A stretch of 64,000 nucleotides of DNA from assembly GCF_022045235.1 (NCBI RefSeq), contig NW_027266275.1, positions 35,526,001-35,590,000 on the forward strand. Reading direction: 5' to 3'. Of this stretch, positions 24,901 through 34,302 are shown one piece after another. The stretch is from Haliotis cracherodii. Taxonomy: Eukaryota. Numbering within the stretch: position 1 is the first letter of the stretch; every line of letters starts with the position of its first letter. The notes under the pieces are model-generated. The model did not search any database and had not been told where the DNA came from. It saw only the letters and a program-made list of their open reading frames with translations. Position numbers and translations under genes: made by a program.

Positions 24901-27900
24901 GATGACGGAAACAATACAATGTTGTCTCGTTGGCACATATGATTTTGATGAACCCCGATAAGTTTGTCCTCAGGCTAATTTCCATTTCAACCTTATTAAA
25001 AAAGTAATTTAGACCTTTGTCCATTCATTTAGTCAGATAATTTGATCTCCCTTGGCATCTGGACAGGATTTAATATGTTTCAACTGTAACAGCATGCTTT
25101 CCTGGTAATTAATTGGCTAACCGACTGTATGTTTCTTCCTTTCTCAGAATTGAGCGAGATCCAGATGAGCTTTAAAGCACAATGTACTTATCCACAGACC
25201 GTAATTCCTCTAACAGACGCCCTGTCGTGTATTTTATCGGACATAGTAATCCCACAGGATTGATACTTGATTTCTGGTGTTTGTTAACCTCTATTGGAGA
25301 AAATACGGTATTTCTCTTCAAATCTTCACACAATCTGAGAGATTGCATAAACATCTCGCGAGTTGACCTCGATTGCAAAGGCCTCTTGCATGCAAACATG
25401 ACCAAGGCATGTGTCACACATGTTTAAATACATGCACATGTTCTGTGTGATGTTTTCTCCACTGGGACCATGATTTCATAGCCTCACATCTCTCGTGGAA
25501 ATACTCTCACAAATCTCGAGCCAAGCAGATATATTTTCAATGGATAACATTGTGACAATATAATAAATCATACTGCACGAAGTCTTCATCCATTTGAACA
25601 CAGAACACTAAACTGACAAAGATGTTGTTGTTTTTTAAAAAAGGTTCTCGTACAATATTTGCGACAGACATAGACAGATAGCTGGTTCACCAAGTAACGG
25701 AGACGAGGAAAAGAATGTTTTTACTACTGTGTCAATGCCATTCAGTAAACAGAGAAATGTATAACTATGACAGGGTTGGAGTGCGCCCATCTACAAGCTA
25801 TATAACTGTGCTGCACTTCAGTATATAATGCAGTCACCTCCATATGTATAACTGTTATACAGAACAGGGTAAGAGTGTACCCATCTACAAGGTGTAAATT
25901 GGCGATACATTACTGGGTTACAGTGTACCCATCTACCAGGTTTATAACTGTGATACAGTTCAGGGTAACAGTGCACCCATCTACCAGGTGTATAACTGTG
26001 ATGCAGTACAGGGTTACAGTGTGACCATCTACCAGGTGTATAACTGTGATGCAGTACAGGGTTACAGTGCGCCCATCTACCAGGTGTTTAACTGTGAAAC
26101 AGTTCAGGGTTACAGTGCGCCCATCTACCAGGTGTTTAACTGTGATACAGTACTGGGGTACAGTGTACCCATCTACCAGGTGTATAACCGGGATACAGTA
26201 CAGGGTTGCAGTGTACCCATCTACCAGATGTATAGCTGTGATGCAGTACAGGGTTACAGTGCACCCATCTACCAGGTGTATAACTGTGATGCAGTACTGA
26301 GTTACAGTGTACCCATCTACCAGGTTTATAACTGTGATACTGTACAGGGTAACAGTGTACCCATCTACCAGGTGTATAACTGTGATACAGTACTGGGGTA
26401 CAGTGTACCCAACTACCAGGTGTATAACTGTGATACAGTACTGGGGTTCAGTGTACCCATCTACCAGGTTTATAACTGTGATAAAGTACTGGGGTACAGT
26501 GTACCCATCTACCAGGTTTATAACTGGGATACTGTACTGGGTTACAGTGTACCAATCTACCAGGTGTATATCTATGATACAGTACTGGGTTACTGTGTAC
26601 CCATCTAAAAGGTGTATATCGGCGATACATTACTGGGGTTCAGTGTACCCATCTACCAGGTGTATAACTGGGATACTGTACTGGGTAACAGTGTACCAAT
26701 CTACCAGGTGTATAACTATGATACAGTACAGGGTTACAGTGTACCCATCTACCGTGTTTATAACTGTGATACAGTACTGGGTTACTGTGTACCAATCTAC
26801 AAGGTGTATATCGGCGATACATTACTGGGGTTCAGTGTACCCGTCTACAAGGTGTATAACTGTGATGCAGTACATGGTTACATTGTACCCATCTCACAGG
26901 TTTATAACTGTGATACAGTACAGGGTTACAATGTACCCATCTCACAGGTTTATAACTGTGATACACTACTGGGGTACAGTGTAACCATCTACCAGGTGTT
27001 TAACTGTGATACAGTACTGGGTTACAGTGTACCCATCTCACAGGTTTATAACTGTGATACACTACTGGGGTACAGTGTAACCATCTACCAGGTGTATAAC
27101 TGTGATACAGTACCTGGTTACAGTGTACCCATCTACCAGGTGTATAACTGTGATGCAGTACTGGGGTACAGTGCATCCATCTTCGAGGTTTATAACTGTG
27201 ATACAGTACTGGGTTACAGTGTACCCATCTACCAGGTTTATAACTGGGATGCAGTACTGGGGTACAGTGCATCCATCTTCGAGGTTTATCACTGTGATAC
27301 AGTACAGGGTTGCAGTGTACCCATCTACCAGGTTTATAACTGGGATACTGTACTGGGTTACAGTGCACCAATCTACCAGGTGTATAACTATGATACAGTA
27401 CAGGGTTACAGTCTACCCATCTACTGGGTTTATAACTGTGATACAGTACTGGGTTTCTGTGTACCCATCTACCAGGTGTACAACTATGATGCAGTACAGG
27501 GTTACAGTGTACCCATCTACCAGATGTATAACTGTGATACAGTACTGGGTTACAGGGTACCCATCTACATGTACCAGGTGTATATCGGCGATACATTACT
27601 GGGTTTCAGTGTACCCATCTACCAGGTTTATAACTGGGATACTGTACTGGGTTACAGTGTACCCATCTACCAGGTGTATAACTATGATACAGTACAGGGT
27701 TACAGTGTACCCATCTACCAGGTTTATAACTGTGATACAGTAATGGGTTACTGTATACCCATCTACAAGGTGTATATCGGCGATACATTACTGGGGTTCA
27801 GTGTACCCGTCTACCAGGTGTATAACTGTGATGCAGTACTGGGTTACAGCGTACCCATCTACCAGGTGTATAACCGGGATACAGTACAGGGTTACAGTGT

Positions 27901-30900
27901 ACCCATCTACCAGGTGTACAACTATGATACAGTACAGGGTTACAGTGCGCCCATCTACCAGGTGTATAACTGTGATGCAGTTCAGGGTTACAGTGCGCAC
28001 ATCTACCAGGTGTACAACTACTGAGTTACAGTGCCCCGGTTTACCAGATTGAGGTACTTGTCATCGTTGGTCTCGTCAATGCGTGGATACAGAGGGCTGT
28101 GAATACCGGTGTGATTCTCCCAACTGCCGTGCAGGTCATAGGTCATCACACTGATGAAGTCCAAGATCCTAGGCAGCATCAAAACACAACATGATGCCGG
28201 ACCAGAATAAAGTTTGTTTGTTGATCATATCCGCACTCAGCAATATTCCAGCTATATGACGGCAGTCTGTAAATAATCGAGTTGGGACCAGAGAATCCAG
28301 TGACTGATATCATGAGCATATATCGACGTACGCAATTGGGATACGATGACATACATCAACCAAGTCAGCGAGCCTTACAACCCAATCCCGTTAGTCGTCT
28401 CTTAAGACAAGCACATTCGCAATTACATCTACTTATAAATACTTGCCATGTCTACTTAATATTGTGTTAGTGACAAGTCTGTAGGGTTGTTTGTTTGGTT
28501 AGAAACTGAATATTACACGGGCAATGCCATTTTTTCAGTATATTTTCGAAGACAAATTTACCTGAAAATTAATCCTTTCACCTGATATGATGGTCACTCA
28601 CTCACTTATAACGTCTTCCTGACCATGTGACTTACATTCCTTACCGTGAAATTTCCGGGATTTCGTATGCAGTGTCAATGTTGGGTTTTCCCGCCGCCAC
28701 AGCCGCCGTCAACATCAGTCGGGGTCTACCAGATTGCTGCGCTTCCACTACAAAGGCATCGTACAGTGCCTGAAAACAATTCTCTATTCGGCTATTCCAG
28801 TCCAATGTAGATTGTCTTAACGTTTGTAAAATAAAATAAGCACAAGGGGTGCAACTCTGCACAGCGAATCGCCCTAGACAACTACCCCCCCCCCCCCCCC
28901 CCCCACCCGTGCCCCCCGTAAATAATCAAGTCTGACAAACCAGTGGTTGATATTGTAAGCACCACAACGTATGGTTTTGGTGACAAACAATCAACCAAAT
29001 ATCCGAGTCCGATCCATTTAGCAATAGAGAGTTCGGGACATATCTATTGAAATTGATAAAGTCACCTACACGAAGACTCGTCCCCCTGTCGATCAATGTT
29101 AGGCGCGAAGACACCGCAAACCAACCAGGATGCGCATATAACTGTAAGTAATTTGGTCAAAGAATCCTCCTTAATATTCTTTGTTGATATGCAAAGTTTG
29201 TGTCAAACAATATACCAAAGTGACATTCACAATTGTTTTACCATATCAAATAACAATTGGTTGTAAATGTCAACCGTGATATATTTCGAAAATATCCTTG
29301 TAAACTTACAAAACCAAGGTGAATGTGGTACAACAAGCGGGCTATTTGCATGACCGTTTGCGCGAAGACGGAACCAAGTTGATAAAATGGTCACGCGAGG
29401 GGCACGAGTCGTTATTCGGCTTGTCCCGGAATAGCACAAGTAGTCACGCGTGGGATCTCTTCTAACCCGGCTCAAGTGGTACCTGAAGCAATTCGGTATA
29501 GTGATGTTTGTCCTCTGGTGGACCGCCTCTGTTTGCAGGATACTCCCAGTCAACATCCACGCCATCGAAGTTGTTGTCTCGGACGAATTTGACAACGGAG
29601 TCCGCGAACTCCTTCCTCCCCGAGGGAGTGTGGGACATCTCATGGAACGGCATCGACCTAAGATTCCAGCCCCCAACAGCAAGCAGGGTCTTCATGCTAG
29701 GATTGATATTCTTCAACGCCATAAAACGCTCGAACCTGCATCGAAAATGTTAATCGAACAGGTAATTACTGCATTAATGTGAGTGAGTGAGTGAGTGAGT
29801 GAGTGAGTGAGTGAGTTGGGTTTAACACCACTTTTAACCGTATTCTAGTTATATCACGGCGTGTCATCATAATGTTGGAGGAAAGCCCGAAATGATGCAG
29901 GTAACACCCACTAGCACGGATATGGTGCCGAAACACGTAGAAACACAATCGCTGACGGGCATTATAGGAAATATAGAACCCTGAACAATAATATGTTCAC
30001 CTGATTTTTTAAAAGTTTACATCACTTACATAACTTACTGTGGAAGTACATTGGAGCTAACCACCTAACGAGCACGGGTATGAGAAACTCAGCTTCATAA
30101 TCGGGGTGAATCTGGGATTCAAACCCACGATGAAAGTTGGTGGAACGAATATCCTGCTTTGAGCAAAATAAATTTATCATTCTGTCATTAATCGTTTACT
30201 GCTGAATGTTCGAGATGGTGGTCGATGTCAGTCATTTTTTGAGACTCAGTTACACTCACATTCCTCTTTTCCAGGCTGTGGACAGGTCATTCCATTCAAA
30301 AGCTTTTATCCTGTTGCCTAGCAACGTGGCGAAGGCGTACACGTAGTGCGTGCAGAGGTTAGGGTTAACATTCTCCGGCGTGTATTTCCCTTTATCGGGA
30401 CGATACTGAGACCAGTTGGTGTAGTAACAAACTCTTCTGAGGTCTGAACCTGTAACATGATAGATGACACGTATGACAGTTGGTGTAGTAACACACTCTC
30501 CTATGACCTGAACCTGTAACATGAAGGATGACATGTATGACAGTTGATGTAGTAACACACTCCCCTGTGCCCTGAACCTGTAACATGATGGATGACATGT
30601 ATGACAGTTGGTGTAGTAATACACTCCCCCGTGACCTGAACCTGTAACATGATGGATGACATGTATGACAGTTGGTGTAGTAACACACTCTCCGGTGCCC
30701 TGAACCTGTAACATGATGGATGATACGTATGACAGTTGGTGTAGTAACACACTCTCCTGTGCCCTGAACCTGTAACGTGATGGATGACATGTATGACAGT
30801 TGGTGTAGTAGCACACTCTCCTGTGACCTGAACCTGTAACATGATGGGTGACATGTATGACAGTTGGTGTAGTAACACACTCTCCTGTGCCCTGATCCTG

Positions 30901-33900
30901 TAACGTGATGGGTGACATGTATGACAGTTGGTGTAGTAACACACTCTCCTGTGCCCTGAACCTGTAACATGATTGATGACAAGTATGACAGTTGGTGTAG
31001 TAATACACTCCCCTGTGCCCTGAGCCTGTAACGTGATGGATGACATGTATGGCAGTTGATGTAGTAACACACTCTCCTGTGACCTGAACCTGTAACGTGA
31101 TGGATGACATGTATGACAGTTGGTGTAGTAACACACTCCCCCGTGACCTGAACCTGTAACATGAAGGATGACATGTATGACAGTTGATGTAGTAACACAT
31201 TTTCCTGTGACCTGAACCTGTAACGTGATGGATGACATGTATGACAGTTGGTGTAGTAATACACTCCCCCGTGACCTGAACCTGTAACATGATGGATGAC
31301 ATGTATGACAGTTGGTGTAGTAACACACTCTCCGGTGCCCTGAACCTGTAACATGATGGATGATACGTATGACAGTTGGTGTAGTAACACACTCTCCTGT
31401 GCCCTGAACCTGTAACGTGATGGATGACATGTATGACAGTTGGTGTAGTAGCACACTCTCCTGTGACCTGAACCTGTAACATGATGGGTGACATGTATGA
31501 CAGTTGGTGTAGTAACACACTCTCCTGTGCCCTGATCCTGTAACGTGATGGGTGACATGTATGACAGTTGGTGTAGTAACACACTCTCCTGTGCCCTGAA
31601 CCTGTAACATGATTGATGACAAGTATGACAGTTGGTGTAGTAATACACTCCCCTGTGCCCTGAGCCTGTAACGTGATGGATGACATGTATGGCAGTTGAT
31701 GTAGTAACACACTCTCCTGTGACCTGAACCTGTAACGTGATGGATGACATGTATGACAGTTGGTGTAGTAACACACTCCCCCGTGACCTGAACCTGTAAC
31801 ATGAAGGATGACATGTATGACAGTTGATGTAGTAACACATTTTCCTGTGACCTGAACCTGTAACGTGATGGATGACATGTATGACAGTTGGTGTAGTAAC
31901 ACACTCCCCTGTGCCCTGAACCTGTAACGTGATGGATGACATGTATGGCAATTGGTGTAGTAACACACTCTCCTGTGACCTGAACCTGTAACATGATGGA
32001 TGACATGTATGACAGTTGGTGTAGTAACACACTCCCCTGTGCCCTGAACCTGTAACGTGATGGATGACATGTATGACAGTTGGTGTAGTAACACACTCCC
32101 CTGTGCCCTGAACCTGTAACGTGATGGATGACATGTATGGCAATTGGTGTAGTAACACACTCCCCTGTGCCCTGAACCTGTAACGTGATGGATGACATGT
32201 ATGACAGTTGGTGTAGTAACACACTCCCCCGTGACCTGAACCTGTAACATGATGGATGACATATGTAACAGTTTATATAGTGACACACTCTCCTGTGCCC
32301 TAAACGTGTACCATGGTGGATGACATGTATGGCAGTTGGTGTAGTAACACACTTCCTGTGCCCTGACCCTTGATTCCATGCATTGCACTGGATATATGTT
32401 GTCTTGTCAGAACATTGTTTTCTGCGAGGCTGATTATGGGTGTGTGAAGCTACAGTCACACAGACGATGCGACCGCGATGCAACCTCTTGGCGACTGATT
32501 CCTTTGCTTTGCAACTTGTCAGTGATCGATCGGCAACTGTTTACCGCAGATACGGCGAAATGTTTGTAACTGGTTGAGAACGATCGGTGACTAGTCAGCG
32601 AATGTTCGGTGACTTGTTGTAACTGAACGGGGACTGGTCGGTGACTAGTTGTCGATCGATCACCGATCAAAACATAATGCATATAAAAAGGGATCTTTTC
32701 TGAATGAAACAACTTCTTTGCAAGTTGTCAAGATGTTAACAACAGAACAGTTGTAGTTGCCCCGCCTGTAAAGAATAAATCAAAATGCTGCAGTTGCTGC
32801 CATGATGATGTACAGAAGAATGAGACTGACAAGGCGAAGGCAGTATTGGCTGAGACCTTGGATCGCAAGAAGGCCACAGCTAGGAGACTATGGGAATCTG
32901 ATGGCAGAGTTGGAGAGAGACAGTCGTGGTGTTTTCGAGGGTTTCCTCAGAATGGAGCTTGTCAACATCGGACATCTCTAGCTCTTACTCCTCATCAGGT
33001 ATCGGCCTCTTCTCTTGTTGAGATGTTGTTGGCTGTGGCTCCATTGTAGCAGACCTGTGCACCACAGCAGTTGTCTCTATTGTATCGTCTACAATTTCTG
33101 GTTCTTTAAGTTTCCTCCCTTTACGGACCATAGTGAAGAATGGAAATAATTGATGTGAACTGTCTTAGTACTTATGACAAAACGATGCTGTAAGGCATAG
33201 ACAGGTCTTTTTATAGATTGTGACATGTTGCAAACCCAACGGCGAATGATCGACGCACGCTTGGAAACCACTTTGCCACCGATCGACAACCAGTCACCGA
33301 TGAAGCGCAGGTCGATCACTGCCTCATCACTGATCAATCACCGATAGGTCGTCACCAGGTTGCAAAGTGTCAACACCTTTGTGTAGACGAAACCGATCGC
33401 CGCACAGTGGAAACCAATCTGCGATTAAAATAACACCACTTGGGGACCTCTAGGAGACCTTTAGGAGACCAATGAAACCCCCGTGCGACCAAATCGGTCG
33501 CAGCCAGTCTTTTGTGCATGTTCAAAAGACTGGTTGCGACCGAATGGGTTTTGCAACCGCTCTGAAACCTTGTAGCGACCTCAGTGAAACCTTTCAGAGA
33601 CCCCTGAAACCTCATTGCAATTGTCAAATATTTTGGTCGCCAGGAGGCTGCATCGAGGTCGCATTGTCTGGGTGACTGAGGCTTTAGCGACCGACCATTT
33701 GTCTTGAACAAATTATTCAAAAACACTGTTCTGTTCATTTTTGACTCATTTAAGCCAAACGTCTGTAATGATGACGCCATTTGTCTCAAACCTGCAAGTG
33801 ATATATTGTGTCAACATAGTGTCAACATGTATGATAGGTTAATAACAACATTATTAAGTTCTCGATAAATAAAGATGTGTCGTTTCGAGTTGGCCCAAAA

Positions 33901-34302
33901 TGGTCGCCATCACACCCCATCCTATATGTACACTGCCAAAGTTCTCTCTGGTGTCGTGTTTATATTATATACTCATGTGTTGTGGCCTCTGCAGTCCCTA
34001 TATTCATATATATCTATCCGAGTTCGAAATTAATTACCGAGTCATTTGTGCAATCTTAATAACGATCGAAAATGATACAATTGTTTCTTTTATCAATGAT
34101 AAAAATTGGGCAAAATGATGTTTTCTAATTAGCTTGCTGTGATAAAACATAAAAAAATGTGGACATTATGAAAAGATGGTATAATCAAACGGATACACAG
34201 GAGTGTTTGTCAAGACACGGTTATCTTACCTTGGACAGCGTGCAGTGCCAGGAAGATGCCTCCCGCCACGGGGAGCAGCAACAGGGATACCCGGGGGATC
34301 AT
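9719..34302 (-). CDS. Chitinase gene A (GH18 + 2x CBM14, secreted), 11 coding exons, ~664 aa
   Basis: Manually assembled exons 34230-34302, 30260-30449, 29483-29735, 28645-28769, 28045-28168, 21071-21253, 20586-20705, 18356-18519, 17597-17721, 12772-13221, 9719-9906. All introns are GT-AG and the phases join to a 1995-nt ORF. Motifs: VCYYTNWSQYR, LLAVGGWN, FDGVDVDWEYP, VMTYDLHG, WVGYD, WAVDLDDF and two 6-Cys CBM14 domains. Confidence 0.93.
10510..11440 (-). repeat. 68-bp tandem array (~13-14 units) of a tRNA-derived SINE head
   Basis: Minus-strand unit CGCCTCCGTGGTGCAGTGGACAGAGCGTCTGCCCGGAGAATGGAAGGTCGATGGGTCGATGCCCTGAT resembles the head of SINE family A; period 68 (10531, 10599, 10667). 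Confidence 0.92.
11465..11775 (-). mobile_element. SINE family A copy
   Basis: Homologous to 768-1113; TSD-like ggtttc(a/g)ttatt. Confidence 0.82.
12772..13221 (-). CDS. Chitinase A exon 10 (CBM14 #1 + Thr-rich/TQRPY repeats)
   Basis: FC..SDFYPSPHSCSAYFIC..TCLAGLRFNPKGKYCD..C six-Cys pattern. Confidence 0.92.
13355..13632 (+). mobile_element. tRNA-derived SINE family C (~280 bp)
   Basis: TGGCCCAGTCG / GGTTCGAATCC boxes; TSD tcaaaagatcg; more copies at 5220-5500(-), 12420-12642(-), 36427-36690(-), 53432-53703(+), 18880-19130(-). Confidence 0.86.
14700..15510 (+). mobile_element. Decayed LINE reverse-transcriptase fragment
   Basis: QGRVISSWLFLVYINDLI..LLAE.TTL..SPKGLQ remnants with stops. 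Confidence 0.55.
16382..16555 (-). mobile_element. SINE family B copy
   Basis: Reverse complement of 49617-49786. Confidence 0.85.
17597..17721 (-). CDS. Chitinase A exon 9 (Thr/Pro linker)
   Basis: Phase-compatible; homologous to 54407-54531; cctag| and |gtaagt. Confidence 0.85.
18356..18519 (-). CDS. Chitinase A exon 8 (VCYIKSSGFGGVMVWAVDLDDF...)
   Basis: GH18 C-terminal WxxDLDDF motif; tgcag| and |gtaag. Confidence 0.93.
19200..20622 (-). repeat. 67-bp tandem array (~21 units) made of the exon-7 donor junction
   Basis: Minus-strand unit GTGGGTTACGATGACAATCAGGGTCTCCGTCAGAAG|GTAAGGGCATGTTGAATCAGGAGAGGTGAGG; period 67 (19361->19428). Confidence 0.96.
20586..20705 (-). CDS. Chitinase A exon 7 (ICEMEHNGG...QWVGYDNKLSLRQK)
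   Basis: WVGYD motif; ttcag| and |gtacg. Confidence 0.9.
21071..21253 (-). CDS. Chitinase A exon 6 (HWAAEYWVKMGAPREKLNIGVALYGR...YQE)
   Basis: GH18 motif; tttag| and |gtgag. Confidence 0.92.
22065..24480. repeat. 24-bp minisatellite (~100 units)
   Basis: Unit gatccttgattgttcagggggtat and variants (gatccttcattggtcagtgggtat). Confidence 0.97.
25760..28047 (-). repeat. 48-bp tandem array (~47 units) starting at the exon-5 donor
   Basis: Plus-strand unit cagggttacagtgtacccatctaccaggtgtataactgtgatacagta, period 48 (25981->26029); contiguous with the exon-5 end CTG|GTAAAC. Confidence 0.96.
28045..28168 (-). CDS. Chitinase A exon 5 (ILDFISVMTYDLHGSWE...YLNL)
   Basis: MTYDLHG motif; cctag| and |gtaaa. 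Confidence 0.92.
28645..28769 (-). CDS. Chitinase A exon 4 (ALYDAF...RLMLTAAVAAGKPNIDTAYEIPEIS)
   Basis: GH18 homology; ttcag| and |gtaag. Confidence 0.92.
29483..29735 (-). CDS. Chitinase A exon 3 (catalytic FDGVDVDWEYP)
   Basis: GH18 DxxDxDxE motif; tgcag| acceptor and |gtacc donor. Confidence 0.95.
30260..30449 (-). CDS. Chitinase A exon 2 (SDLRRVCYYTNWSQYRP...AWKRG)
   Basis: GH18 N-terminal motif; ttacag| acceptor and |gtgag donor. Confidence 0.9.
30413..32370 (-). repeat. 64-bp tandem array (~30 units) made of the exon-2 acceptor junction (27 nt intron + 37 nt exon)
   Basis: Unit TCATACATGTCATCCATCATGTTACAG|GTTCAGGGCACAGGAGAGTGTGTTACTACACCAACTG; acceptor G positions 30450, 30514, 30578...32242 in exact 64-nt register. 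Confidence 0.97.
32448..33683 (+). mobile_element. PIF/Harbinger-type non-autonomous DNA transposon
   Basis: ~50-bp imperfect TIRs (agctacagtcacacagacgatgcgacc... / ...ggtcgcattgtctgggtgactgaggct) with TGA/TTA flanks. Internal remnant RRRQYWLRPWIARRPQLGDYGNLMAELE..FLRM resembles Harbinger transposase N-termini. Confidence 0.75.
34230..34302 (-). CDS. Chitinase A coding exon 1 (signal peptide MIPRVSLLLLPVAGGIFLALHAVQG)
   Basis: ttccag|ATG start, hydrophobic peptide, AAG|GTAAG donor; homologous to 63600-63672. Confidence 0.85.

Noticed and set aside
25988-28024. Plus-strand ORFs up to 470 aa (VPIYQVYNCDTVLGYS repeats)
   Set aside because: By-product of a 48-bp (multiple of 3) repeat; antisense to the chitinase and interrupted by a stop; no independent evidence of coding.
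19200-32370. CRISPR-like appearance of regular 48-68-bp arrays
   Set aside because: No unique spacers (whole units repeat), eukaryotic intron context and no cas genes.
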